Below are positions 1-12,718 of a stretch of 64,000 nucleotides of DNA, in pieces. Location of the stretch: positions 15,500,001 through 15,564,000 of the forward strand of contig NC_043010.1 in the NCBI RefSeq assembly GCF_006345805.1, read 5' to 3'. This stretch comes from Octopus sinensis (taxonomy: Eukaryota). The notes below the pieces were generated by a model. The model was not told the origin of the DNA and made no database searches. It saw only the letters and a program-made list of their open reading frames with translations. The stretch's first letter is position 1; every line of letters starts with the position of its first letter. A program made the position numbers and the translations under genes.

Positions 1-361
1 AAAATAAAAAAAGAAGAAGGGTGTCATTCATCGTAGGACAGATCAGTCATGACTGACCTCGAGCTACAAATGCTTGCAGCTAAAAGGAAAACTTTTTACG
101 TTTAGTAAACTCAACTCTTCCCTTCGCATCTGCTCACACGTTTCTACGCACGCTGCTATTTAAATCCCATACTACGAATGAATGAAAGAAAAATACCTAT
201 ACGGATGTTGAGGGTTGGGGGAGGGGAACTTTAGTTAGACACAATCGCCACCTCTTGCCACGCTTGTATATAAAAAAAAGCCAAGATCAAATACAAAACG
301 CTATCTTTAAGATAGCGTGTTTAACTAGTTTGTGTGTATTGCACACACTTACAAAAAAATC

Positions 362-398
<37 letters not shown>

Positions 399-407
399 TT
401 AAATACA

Positions 408-904
408 TCTATCCTATTATAAATTTGAGTGATGTTTCTCTGTCCGTTACGTTATGGTCGTGAACTCCTCCTGGACCGTTAGTGCAGGGAGAACAGAATT
501 CAAACATGCAACTGCCCTAACCCCAGGGAATGTCCTAAGCGGGGTCTATTTTCTTAGAGATCACCTAATTGGGGCTCCACTTACTCCCTACTTTTAATAT
601 GCATTTTAAAGTAGATGCATGGTATTGGCGACCAAACCGGAGCAATGGTAATGGATTTCATACGACGGATTCCCTCGCAAGGAGGTTCAATTTCTGAAGG
701 GCCGCTTAAATGGGGCCCCACTCACCTCACTATTTTTACCGCATTTACTTCGGTCTTACGCTTATTGGTTAAACTATGATCAGCATCAGTGCTTAGCACA
801 CTTGCAGAAATAAGTTTGGCCATTCTAAATACTTTCACGTACATTCAACTCGAGATAAAGAGCGGGGATATTTATATTTTGTAGTTTATGAAACTTATGT
901 CTAG
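408..904 (+). mobile_element. Possible non-autonomous Helitron-like element
   Basis: Starts A|TCTATCCTATTATAAA and a CTAG|T occurs at 901-905, matching Helitron termini. No subterminal GC hairpin is visible, so the 3' end is uncertain. Confidence 0.3.
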
Positions 905-919
905 TATATATATAATATA

Positions 920-1072
920 GCCGGAGGCTATATAGTAGAAGACACTTGCTCAAGATGCCACGCAATGGGACTGAACCCGGAACCATGAGGCTGGGAAGCA
1001 AGCTACTTACCACACAGCCACTCCTGCGCCTATATAATATATATATACACACACACAAATATATATATATAT

Positions 1073-1120
<48 letters not shown>

Positions 1121-1345
1121 TCTGGAGCACCGCCTTTAATCGAGCAACTCGACCCCGGACTTATTCTTTGTAAGCCCAGTACTTATATATACGACGGGCT
1201 TCTTTCAGTTTCCGTCTACCAAATCCACTGACAAGGCTCTGGTCGGCCCGAGGCTATAGTAGAAGACACTTGCTCAAGGTGCCACGCAGTGGGACTGAAC
1301 CCGGAACCATGAGGCTGGTAAACAAGCTACTTACCACACAGCCAC
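920..1345 (-). mobile_element. Two partial copies of tRNA-derived SINE family A separated by (TA)n
   Basis: Both match family A (head GGCGCAGGAGTGGCTGTGTGGTAAG...GGTTCAGTCCCACTGCGTGG on the minus strand). The second copy is internally deleted. Confidence 0.9.
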
Positions 1346-2112
1346 ATATATATATAATTATGCAAAACTCATTTCTGCCTTATCCCACATGCTTTCTTCA
1401 TATACACACCCACTGCCATTATTTTACTCTTCTCCTTAATAGTCTATCACATGATATCTCCCACCACCACCACCGCCTCCCATTGCACTATAGAAGACAG
1501 GGTCCTTAAGGAATACAACAGTTAGCAAGGGAGGAGTAGGAGGAGAGGACTAAGAGATATTTAAAAAAAAAGAGGGGGAGGAGGTAGGTAGTAGGGACGG
1601 CGACGTGGGGTAGGGTGTGTGCGTTTAGGTCTTTCCCACCACCACCACCACCACCACCACCACGATCACAAACACGCGCGCGCTACCTCGCCCCTTCTTG
1701 ACACACAGACAGACAAAAATCCATGCTGTATGTATGTATGTGGTGTGTAGCAGACATGTAGGCTATTTTAGGTCAGTTCCACCCTCCTCCTCCGCCTATC
1801 TCTCTTTCTTTCTTTCTCTCCCTCCCTCCCTGTTTTCTCTCACTTTCCTTCGCCTCCTACCCCTCCTCCTCCTGAAAAAAAAAGGAAAGACAAAAATAAA
1901 AAAAAAGTAAAAAAAAAGAAAGAGAAAAAAACCCGCTCTCCCCTTTTCTTGTTTTCTTTTCCCCTTCCTAAATAGATTTAAATGAAATGGGAAGTCGGAT
2001 GTAGGGAGGGTTTGGATAGGTATAGTATAGGGAGTAGATACAAAAAAAGGGAAGAAAAAAAGGGGTTCTCATTTAAGGAGATACCGTGAATATGTGTATA
2101 TATATATACAAT

Positions 2113-3090
2113 ACTTGTTTCAGTCATTGGTCTGTTGTGGCCATGCTGGATCACTTGCCCTGAAAGGCAGTCGCACGACTCTTACTTGTTTCAGTCATTT
2201 GACTGCGGTCATGCAGGAGCACCGCCTTTTAGTCGAGCAAATCGACCCCGGGACTTATTCTTTGTAAGCCCAGTACTTATTCTATCGGTCTGTTTTGCCG
2301 AACCGCTAGGTGGCGGGGACGTAAACACATCGGGTGTCAAGCAATGCTATAGGAGGACAAACACAGACACACACACATATATATATATACATATATACGA
2401 CAGGCTTCTTTCAGTTTCCGTCTACCAAATCCACTCACAAGGCTTTGGTCGACCCGAGGCTATAGTAGAAGACACTTGCCCAAGGTGCCACGCAGTGGGA
2501 CTGAACCCGAACCATGTGGTTGGTTAGCAAGCTACTTACCACACAGCCACTCCTGCGCCTAGTACTTGGTGTTTTTGTTTTGTTTTTATAAAAAAAAAGC
2601 CTGGTATTTGCTCTATCGGTTTTCTTTGCCGAACCGCTTGAATACGGGGGTTGGGGGTCATGAACAGACCAACCCCAGGTGCCAACACATGCACAAAAAT
2701 ACAGGCACATGAATGGTTTGTCGGTCTCCCTTGCCGAGCCGCTTGAATACGAGGGGACATAAACAAACCAACACTAGCTGGAGAGACAAACACAAATACG
2801 TACGGGAACATTGGTAAGTTTATCGCTCTCCTTTGCATAAACGCTAAGTCGAGGGGATGGGGGCAATAAGCCATAAGTTGGCAAGACAAACACAAATATA
2901 GAGAGACAAATTAGATAATTGTATATATAAGACAAGCTTCTTTCAGTTTCCATCCACCAAAATCATTCACAGGGCTTTGGTCAACCCGAGGCAGATACTG
3001 GCCCAAGGTGCCACTCTGTGGGGTCGAATCCAGAACCACGAGGTTGGGAAGCAAAGTTTTTTGGGGGGTTTTTTTGCCATACAGCCACGC
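2113..3090 (-). mobile_element. SINE family A cluster: near full copy 2180-2560 with duplicated tail, plus older chimeric copies
   Basis: Tail CTTGTTTCAGTCATTTGACTGCGGCCATGC occurs at 2113 and 2183. The head ends at TCCTGCGCC (2559). Diverged copy lies at 2560-3090. Confidence 0.9.
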
Positions 3091-3437
3091 CTGCACATGT
3101 GAACGAAGAGCCAACGATGAAACCTCTCTAAGTGAGTCACGTCACGTACTCAGCGGCCGGCGGGACTTACTGAATGGCAAGCCGACAAAAAAATTACCTT
3201 GGGTTGCTGTTAATGATGCACCCGGCCCCACCGCAACCCGGGGAGTTAATGATGCACCCACCCCCACCCTCGCGACCCGGGGATGAGCCAAGTCACAGTC
3301 ACGTGCGGCTCATTTTACGGATAAAAGACAAAATGTCCAAGCCTGCTTTACGTGACTTTTTCGGCCTTAGAAAAAGAAAAAACTGGTCAACTTGTATTAA
3401 GACTTTGGGAGAGGGAGATGTGGGAAAAACGGCCCCG

Positions 3438-3843
3438 GGCGCAAGAGTGGCTGTGTGGTAAGAAGCTTGCTTCCCAAACACATGGTTCCAGGTTCAGTCC
3501 CACTGCGTGGCACCTTGGTCAAAGTGTCTTCTACTATAGCCTCAGGCTGACCCGAAGCCTTGTGGGTGGACTTCGTAGACGGAAACTGAAAGAAGCCCGT
3601 CGTGTATGTATGTATATATATATATATATGTGTGTACGTGTACGCGTGTATGTGTTTGTGTCCCTACCATCGCTTGACAACCGATGTTGGTGTGTTTACG
3701 CTGCCGTAACTTAGCGGTTCGGCAAAAAAACACCGATAAAATAAGTACTAGGCTTACAAAGAATAAGTTCTAGGGTCGATTTGTACAGCTAAAGGCGGTG
3801 CTCCAGCATGGCCGCAGTCAAATGACTGAAACAAGTAAAAGAG
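3438..3843 (+). mobile_element. Full-length SINE family A (~400 bp, tRNA-like head, central TA/TG microsatellite)
   Basis: Pol III A-box-like TGGCTGTGTGG and B-box-like GGTTCAGTCC; ends GACTGAAACAAGTAAAAGAG. Confidence 0.95.
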
Positions 3844-4104
3844 TATATAACTTTGCCAAAAAGTCCTCCTAAATTTCCGGGTTGACTAATAATGCCTTGC
3901 GAAAGAATTCGGTAGACGGAGACTGTGCGGAAGCCCGTCGTATATGCGTATTTATGTGTGCACCCTACACACTCCTGCCATTTGACAATTAGTATTGGTT
4001 TGATTTTCGTACCTATAACTTAGCAGTTCGACAACCCCCCCACCGAAGTGTGCCGATCGACTAAAACCATTCAAGGCTGTGTCCAGTAAGATAAGAAAGA
4101 CAAG

Positions 4105-4288
4105 CAGGAGTGGCTGCGTGATAAGAAGCTTGCTTACCAACCACACGGTTTCGGGTTCAGTCCCACTGCGTAGCACCTTAGGCAAGTGTCTCCTACTATA
4201 AAGCCTCGGGCCGACCAAAGCCTTTGTGAGTGGATATTTTGGTTGACGGAAACTGAAAGAAGTCCATCGTGTGTGTATGCATGGATGT

Positions 4289-4330
<42 letters not shown>

Positions 4331-4765
4331 GTTAATCCAAACAAGAAAGCTAAAAAAAAAACACAACAACGCGAGGACGTGGAACAAATATAGTATTATT
4401 GGACGCTCAGGAAGGAAGGGAAGAAGGAGGGTTCAACGTTTCGAGCGGAGCTCTTCGTCGGAAACATAGGAGAAGGAAAGATCCAGAGAAGGGAAGACAG
4501 AGGGAAAAAACGCCAACGGTACACACGCGGTCACATTTTGAATGCATTGCATATATATATATGTGTGTGTGTGTGTGCTTGTTTGTCCCCCCACCATCAC
4601 TTGACAACAGATGCTGGTGTGTTTACGTCACCGTTACTTAGCGTTTCGGCGAAAGAGACCGATAGAATAAGTTACTAGGCTTACAAAGAATAAGTCCTAT
4701 TCGACTAAAGGTGCGGTACTCCAGCATGACCGCAGCCAAATGACTGAAACAAACAAATAAGAGTA
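4105..4765 (+). mobile_element. SINE family A interrupted in its central microsatellite by a family X element
   Basis: 5' half at 4105-4275 and 3' half at 4560-4765, with an unrelated 205-bp unit between the (TA)n tracts. Confidence 0.85.
4331..4536 (-). mobile_element. Family X short element with hammerhead-like motif (core variant CCGACGA)
   Basis: Homologous to 6965-7165, 38666-38850 and 46857-47050. Minus strand reads GTTT CCGACGA A GAGC TCC GCTC GAAACGT T GAAC at 4431-4465. Confidence 0.8.
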
Positions 4766-5948
4766 AGAAAAGAATGTAACTACACACCCACACGAAAGAA
4801 ACCGAGTTTTTTTTTTTGTTTGTTGTTCCCCCCCCCCCAAAAAAAAAAGTGTGGATGTATGAAACACTTGTACCAATTGTAAAGTATTTAATTCATATAT
4901 AAATATACACCCTACATAATCATGTATTGAGTACCTTTTGTCGAGCGGCAGAAGTTATGATATCCTTTGCTTCGAAATAAATACACACACATGTCTCTGT
5001 GTATATGTGCGTGCGTGCATACATCTGTGTGTATATATGTGAATTTTAACTGTGAAGATCTGTACGTTTCTCACACAAAGACACACTCCTAAACGCACAC
5101 ATAACTAACACAGAAGTCACACACACACACACACACAAACATATTTTAAAAGAGAATACACGGGTCCCTTTCATATTTATTCGCAATGTGTCTTATGACA
5201 CATTCATATATACAACTCCCACCCACAAAGACCGAACGGGCACACACACACACACACACACACACACAATACTTTTTTTTTTGACACACACGAGAGAAGA
5301 AAGAGAGAATAATAAAAAAAAAAACTTCACACACACACACACACACACATCCTCAACATCAAGAGAGACTCGGAAGCGCACAGTGGAATACAGGGCGGAC
5401 GCATACATATACATACACATCTCCGAGTGAGCTATATAAATCTCACGTACAGACATCTTCCAGAGAGAGAGAGAGAGAGAGAGAAGGTGAATGACAGAAA
5501 GGGAGAGAAATAGAATGGAAGAAAGAAAAAGTGAGTGAAGAGAGAGAGAGAGAGAGGGGGGGGGAGAGCGAGAGAGTCTGCAGTACAAAACCAAGGCGCT
5601 TGTTCGCCCGGTCGGCCCAGAAGGGTAACGAAGCGTGGAGAAAGGGAAAGAGGCAGCGAGTTTGGTCCTTAGTGGGAACCCAGAAAGCTAGTAAAAGAAT
5701 AAAATAAGTAGTACAGTTAGCTAGACGTGTGTGTGTGTGTGTGGTGTGTGTGTGTGTGTGTGTGTAATGTGAGGAAAGAGAATAAACGAGATTGAAAAAA
5801 AACGTTATAAAACTATTAATACACAACTATGTATGTATATAAATACAAATATTACAACACACACACACACACGTATATATAAGTACTTTAATATTTTCGC
5901 ACTTAAAGCCATAATTATACACACAAGTAAATACAAAATATAGATGCT

Positions 5949-6000
<52 letters not shown>

Positions 6001-6964
6001 GATGTACACTGTATACGCAAGATATATTTTCTCTAAACGTTCATAATACATATTTTATAACACATAATCCTATTTTGCAGGGAGAGAAGGGGAGAGAGAG
6101 AAAAAAATACACAACTCATTTGAAAACCCGTTTCTCTTAACAGTCTCAAAATTAGTGCCCATAATATCTTATGCCAAAACATTCACTTCCGAACTATACA
6201 GGTTCCTGTGTACCTACACAACTAACTAAAGACACTGCATAGAAATCTTGCAGGCTATTCTATTTATATACTAAACATAGAATAAAAAAGAAGAAAACAC
6301 ATCAAGTACAACTTACAAACACACACAATTCGACCGCACTCGTAACACCATAAGTAACTTTAAAATACGTTTTTTGTTTTTTCTTTTCTTTTTTCCTGCT
6401 TTTTTTTTCGTCTTTAAGAAAAAATGACTTCAAATAATTTCATCTGAAGAAGCAAGATAACAACGTTCTGGCATGTTGTCATAGCCAGGACGACGACGAT
6501 GATGATGATGATAGCGAAGGTGGAAGGGTTGTACATTGGAGTTTGGCTAAATAGGATTAATGTTCAGTTTCAACTAATGCTGAACAGCATTTCCCGGTGT
6601 GTATGTGTGCAAACTTGTATATATATCATGCTGTTGGGTATATAATCAGGTCAGTCACGACCGAGCAGAGAGGAGACACGTTCAAGCCTTGCTCGTTTTT
6701 TGCTTTTATGTTCAGACAGTGTTACCTAGCACTCTATTTCGTCCAATGCATCCTTAAATAGCAGAATGCAAATGGAGAAAGGTTTCAACGAAACTACTAT
6801 GTCTAAACCGGGTCAACGTTACGGGGACATAAACATACCAACATCGGTTGTCAAGCGACAGTGGGGGGGGGACAAACACAGACAAAGGCACACACACACA
6901 CACACACTATATATTATATATAATATATTATATATTAATATATAATATATATATTATATATATA

Positions 6965-7165
6965 TGGCCGCGTGTGTACCGTTGCGATTTTTTCCCCTCC
7001 GTCTTCCCTTCTTGGATCTTTCCTTTTCCTATGTTTCTGACGAAGAGCTCCGCTCGAAACGTTAAATCCTCCTTCTTCCCTTCCTTCCTGAGCGTCCAAT
7101 AATACTATACTTGTTCCACGTCCTCGCGTTGTGTTTTCTCTTTGTGTTTTCATGTTTGGATTAAC
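6965..7165 (+). mobile_element. Family X short element, 3' end joined to (TA)n
   Basis: Reverse-orientation homologue of 4331-4536. Lies between the 3' half (6820-6900) and a 5' piece (7395-7480) of a minus-strand family A SINE. Confidence 0.85.
7033..7067 (+). ncRNA. Minimal type I hammerhead ribozyme motif (Penelope-like-element type)
   Basis: GTTT-CTGACGA-A-GAGC(TCC)GCTC-GAA-ACGT-T-AAAT: intact CUGANGA/GAAA core, 4-bp stem II, palindromic ACGU in place of stem III, 4-bp stem I. Confidence 0.7.
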
Positions 7166-7200
<35 letters not shown>

Positions 7201-7499
7201 GCTTTGCAGAGGTAAACCCTCAGCTTTTCATTAAGACAAGTGTCCCTAAGGACTATCTTATCGAATGTGATTAGAGAGGGATTTAGCTGCAATATCTAGC
7301 ATGTTATACGACCAGCAAAGAAAGAGGAGAGCCCATCGCAATGCGCAGATTTTATTAACTTCCATGTTGAAGACACCACCAATACACACACACATCTCCG
7401 ACGAGCTTCTTTCGGTTTTCATCTGCCAAATCCACTCACAAGGCTTTGGTAGGCCCGAGGCTACAGAAGTCACTTGTCCGAGCAGTGAGATATATATAT

Positions 7500-7675
7500 A
7501 TTTCTTCCTTGCCCACAAGGGGCTAAACACAGAGGGGACAAACAAGGACAAAGGGATTAAGTCGATTACATTGACACCAGTGCGTAACTGGTACTTATTC
7601 AATCCAACTCGAAGGGACGAAAGGGCAAAGTCGACCTCGGCGGAATTTGAACTCAGAACGCAACGGCAGACGGAC
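7500..7675 (-). mobile_element. SINE family B (~250 bp), partial
   Basis: Contains CCCACAAGGGGCTAAACACAGAGGGGACAAAC and AAAGTCGACCTCGGCGGAATTTGAACTCAG. Confidence 0.85.
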
Positions 7676-7679
7676 TTCA

Positions 7680-8020
7680 CAACTGCACGGTTCCGGGTTT
7701 CAGTCCCACTGCGTGGCACCTTAGACAAAGGGTCTTCTAGTGCTAGCCCGAATCGACCGAAGCCTTATAAGTGGACTTGATGGACAGAACCTGAAAGAAA
7801 CCCGACGTGTCTTGGTGTTCGTCGCCCCGAACCATCGCATGACAACCGGTGTTGGTCTATCTACGTCCCCGAGCTAGCGGTTCGACGTAAACGTTCGATA
7901 CAATAAATACCAGGCTTTAAAATAAAATAAAATAAAATAAAATAAAAAAGTACTAAGGTCGATTTGTTCGACTAAAACTTCTCAAGGCAGTGCCCCAGCA
8001 TGACCGCAGTCCAATGACAA
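7680..8020 (+). mobile_element. Diverged SINE family A copy
   Basis: CAGTCCCACTGCGTGGCACC...CCAGCATGACCGCAGTCCAATGAC. Confidence 0.8.
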
Positions 8021-8039
8021 ACAAAAATATATAAAAATA

Positions 8040-8855
8040 TATATGTACACACACATACACACTTGTATGTACAACACACATTTATATATATATACATGTA
8101 CGCGTACACATACATTTACATACATACATATACGCGTACACATACATTTACATACATACATATACGCGTACACATACAATTACATACATATATATATATA
8201 TATATTACATATATATATATTATATATATGTTACATATATATATATTATATATATGTTACATATATATATACTATATATATTACATATATATATAATATT
8301 ATATATATATATATTACATATATATATATATATTACATATATATATATATATATTACATATATAATATATATATATTACATATATTATATATATTACATA
8401 TATAATATATATATTACATATATATATATATATATAGATATTACATATATATATATATATGTAATATATATATATATATATATGTAATATATATATATAT
8501 ATATTACATATATATATATATATATTACATATATATATATATATATTACATATATATATATATTACATATATATATATATATATTACATATATATATAGA
8601 TTACATATATATATATTACAATATATATATATATTACATATATATATATTACATATTATATATATATTACATATATATATATATTACATATATATATATA
8701 TATATTACATATATATATATATATATTACATATATATTACATATATATATTATATATATATTACATATATATATATTATATTAATATATATTACATGTAT
8801 ATTATATTATATTATATTATATGTATATGTATTATATATATATTATATATATATA
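8040..8855. repeat. Compound microsatellite: TA/CA, then (TA)nTTACA units
   Basis: Directly visible; about 30 units of (TA)3-8 punctuated by TTACA. Confidence 0.95.
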
Positions 8856-9317
8856 GTGCTTTGCTGAAATGCGTGCACACATACAGTTGCAGACAAATAT
8901 ACATACACGCGTGCACATATACATTGGTACAAACTCACACATTTACAGATAGAGTGCTTCGCTGAGATTCTCTACCCTTCTTCTTCTCTTCTTCTTCTTC
9001 TCTCTCGAGTTCTCGTACCGACGAGAACGAGGTCAGTCTGGTGCAGACAATGGGAGAAAAAAAAAGACGAAAAAACAAAAAAACAACAAAAAAAATAATG
9101 GCATGTAAATATTATAGACGAGTGGGTGTGTTTAGTTGAATAAGATATATACATACATGCATGTTATCGATATGCAGATATTAATTGTGTGTGCATGTAA
9201 AATTGATTACTAAAGAACGACCAGGTCTTTTGAAGTCGAATGTATATACCGTCATCGTTGCTTATTAATAACGAGAGAGCGTGTGTGTGTGTGTACAATT
9301 AATAATAATTAGATTCT

Positions 9318-9628
9318 GGTGAGGGCGCGTGGCTTAGTGGTTAGGGCATTCGGCTCATGATCGTAAGGTTGTGAGTTCGATTCCCGGTGACGCGTTGCGT
9401 CCTTGAGCAAGACACTTTATTTCACGTTGCTCCAGTCCACTCAGCTGGCAAAAATGAGTTGTACTTGTATTTCAAAGGGTCAGCCTTGTCACTCTCTGTG
9501 TCACGCTGATTATCCCCGAGAACTACGTTAAGGATACACGTGTCTGTGGAATGCTCAGCCATTTGCACGTTAATTTCACGAGCAAGCTGTTCCGTTGATC
9601 GTATCAGCTGGGACCCTCGTCGTCGTAA
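9318..9628 (+). mobile_element. SINE family C (tRNA-like head, CCTTGAGCAAGACACTT central domain)
   Basis: A box TGGCTTAGTGG and B box GTTCGATTCC. The central domain resembles the V/CORE-type SINE superfamily motif; poly-T follows. Confidence 0.85.
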
Positions 9629-9685
9629 CCGGCGGAATCTTTTTTTTTTTTTTTTTTAATTAGATTCTACACAGGGATTAAGTGT

Positions 9686-9998
9686 GGAGGCGCAATGGCC
9701 CAGTGGTTAGGGCTGCGGACTCGCGGTCGGAGGATCGCGGTTTCGATTCCCAGACAGGGCGGTGTGTGTGTGTGTTTATTGAGCGAAAACACCTAAAAAG
9801 CTCCACGAGGCTCCGACATGGGAGTGGTGGTGACCCCTGTTGTACTCTTTCGCCACAACTTTCTCTCACTATCTCTCTTCCTGTTTCTTGAGTAAAGCTG
9901 CGATGGACTGGCATCCCGTCCGGCTGCGGGGGGGGGACACATACGCCATAGAAACCGGGAAACCGGGGCCCATGAACCTGGCTAGGCTTGAAAAGGGC
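9686..9998 (+). mobile_element. SINE family D
   Basis: A box TGGCCCAGTGG, B box GTTTCGATTCC, 3' GCGATGGACTGGCATCCCGTCC, poly-A tail. Homologues at 35318-35478 and 48853-49130. Confidence 0.85.
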
Positions 9999-10307
9999 GC
10001 ATTAAAAAAAAAACAAAAAAAAACAGGTATTCAGTTCCCTGTTCAGTCACTGTTACTAATACGTCTTGTATTAAGCATATATTTTTTTTAACTTCATAAA
10101 ACATACAAACATAACCGGACACGACATGGCCCATCGTCGAACCCATGCAAGCATGGAAAATAAACGTAAAAGCGGCAACCCGAAACTTACTAGCGCAAAA
10201 AACAGAATTTTAAAAAAAATCGTTACAATCGACCATATCTTGGAAATGGCTGTATATCCACCAGCATGGTATAGATTGAAACCAGCGAAGATCGAGACCA
10301 GTAAACT

Positions 10308-10523
10308 ATTTTGCTTGTTTCAGCTGTTTGACTGCGGCCATACTGGAGCACCGCCTTTTTTTTTTAGTCGGAGAAATCGACCCCTAGGACTTATTCTTTG
10401 TAAACTTGGTGTACTTAGTGTACCGGTCGCTTTCGCCGAGCCGCCATGTTACGGGGACATAAACACACCGACATCGGTTGTCAAGCGACGGTGGGGGTGG
10501 GGGGACAAACACAGACACAAAAG

Positions 10524-10561
<38 letters not shown>

Positions 10562-10945
10562 AGGCGGCGAGCTGGCAGAATCGTTAGCACGCCGGGCGAA
10601 ATGCGTAGCCGTATTTCGTTTGCCGTTATGTTCTGAGTTCAAATTCCGCCGAGGTCGACTTTGCCTTTCATCCTTTCGGGGTCGATAAATTAAGTACCAG
10701 TTACGCACTGGGGTCGATGTAATCGACTTAATCCGTTTGTCTGTCCCCTCTGTGTTTAGCCCCTTGTGGGTAGTAAAGAAATATATATACACGACGGGCT
10801 TCTTTCAGTTTCCGCCTACCAAATCCACTCACAAGGCTTTGGTCAGCCCGAGGCTATAGTAGAAGACACTTGCCGAAAATGCCACGCAGTGGGACTGAAC
10901 CCGGAACCATGTCAAGTTGGGAAGCAAGCTTCTTACCACACGGCT
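10308..10945 (-). mobile_element. SINE family A split by a family B insertion
   Basis: 3' half at 10308-10545 and 5' half at 10790-10945. Confidence 0.85.
10562..10780 (+). mobile_element. Full-length SINE family B inserted in (TA)n of a family A SINE
   Basis: GGCGGCGAGCTGGCAGAATCGTTAGC...GAGTTCAAATTCC...GTGGGTAGTAAAGAAATA. Confidence 0.95.
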
Positions 10946-11379
10946 AAGAGATGAAATTTTTTTTGTAAATATGCAATGCCTGCACAATTGCCAGAATATA
11001 TATGACACGTGTGTGTAGAATTGTGCGATATAAGGCAAGAGTCTTCAGAGCATCGGTTACAAGAGTTTGAGCTCATTGTTCCGGTTGTCTACGCTCCAGG
11101 TTCAAATCAGGCCCAGGTTGATTTCGATTTTCATTATTTCGAGTGTCGGTTAATAAAGTACCGGTTACGGGACTGGTGTGGGATCTTCCCTTCCTTCAGC
11201 CTTTTTTTTTTTTGTTTACTTTATTTTATTCGCTCCCTTTCTGTCGTTTTGGTAGGAATCGACCGTAGGGCTTACACCTGACATAAAACACTTGAACATG
11301 TCGTACCTACATACTTCATAGTCTACGTACGAGTTTAAGGGACACATGACATGGTCTATATACTCGTGTCACCCACCGG

Positions 11380-11840
11380 GCCGCGGTCATGCAGGAACAC
11401 CGCCTTAAAAGAGTTTAATCAAAGAAATCAACGCCAGTGCTTACTGCATCGGTCTCTTTTGCCGGACCGTCAACTTAGGACATAAACAAAACAACATCGG
11501 TTGTCAAATGGCGGTAGGGAACAAACATGCGCACGCACCGGATTTCCCCCAAGTCTCCGTCTACCAAATTCACTCACAAGGCCCTGGTCAGTCCGGGGCT
11601 ACAGCTATAAGACAACTTCTCCATGCTTGTACGATTGGAATGAACCTAAAACCACGTGGTTACAAAGCAGGCTTCTTAGCACCCACCCACCCCACACACA
11701 CACGTGGGTATTACACTTGTTTTAGGCATTATGCTGGGGCAACGCCCTGCAGAACCCTAGTTGAAAGAATAGACCTCTGTCCCTTTTTTTTAAATTTTAA
11801 GCTTGGAACTTATTCTCACGGTCTCTATTGCCGAACTGCT
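11380..11840 (-). mobile_element. Old diverged SINE family A copies
   Basis: Degenerate matches to the tail, body and head of family A; CpGs retained. Confidence 0.7.
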
Positions 11841-11943
11841 AAGTTATATATTATACACACACGTGCAAATATATATATATATATATATATATACACTCAC
11901 ACAAAAATATATACGATTTAAAAACAGTTTAAAACAAAATATT

Positions 11944-12383
11944 GGATCTTTTCCTTTTGAACGGCAGACAATTTCTAGTTAACTAAACACTTTAAAACTT
12001 CGTATACTGGTAGAATGCGTCAAAATAAAACATTTTTTTCTCTTGGCTTTCTTGAGAAAATTGTAATTTGTTTGTTTAACGTAGTTTAATTTTTCGAATT
12101 TTAACCAATCTTATGCTCTCTTTTGAGCTATGAGGGTTAGTGACAGGATGTTGTCTCAGTTTTAGACGCAGCAAATGATTTTAGTTCAATGGAGGTAATC
12201 GATTGGTTAAAATTGCCGAAATGCTCGGATTTTCAGACGAAATATCTTATAAACTATAAAATTTTCTCAATAAAACCAAGAGAAAAAGATGTTTTACAAA
12301 ACACACTCTACCAGTATACGAAGTTTAAAAACTTTTTAGTTACCTAGAAATTATGTTACAAACCGCCGTTTCAAAAGGAAAAC
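11944..12383. mobile_element. GGATC-MITE, degraded copy
   Basis: TIR-like GGATCTTTTCCTTTTGAACGGCAG / CCGCCGTTTCAAAAGGAAAA; internal sequence matches the family. Confidence 0.8.
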
Positions 12384-12404
12384 ACCCACAATATTTTTGC
12401 ACGA

Positions 12405-12466
<62 letters not shown>

Positions 12467-12479
12467 TACACGTAAAGTA

Positions 12480-12718
12480 GATGAAACCATGGCGACTGAA
12501 GAAGGGTTTTTTTCCTTGTGTTATTTGTCCTGTACTCTATTTTTGTTGTTGTTTAACAAAAAATGTCCAGTTCCTTGGGTTTGTGTCTATATTTTCGTTT
12601 CTCATTGTGTTCGACGTTTTTTGGTGTCCTGTACTCATATATGCGTGTATATATACATGTAGAGGTAGGTACGTACATATATGTATATATATATGCATAT
12701 GTTTTATTTATTAATATG

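Noticed and set aside
43-56. 14-bp perfect palindrome TCAGTCATGACTGA
   Set aside because: A single short palindrome with no supporting context.
9318-9395. tRNA-like sequences (also 9686, 3438, 24918, 51700)
   Set aside because: They have A and B boxes but no complete cloverleaf, and continue directly into multicopy SINE bodies.
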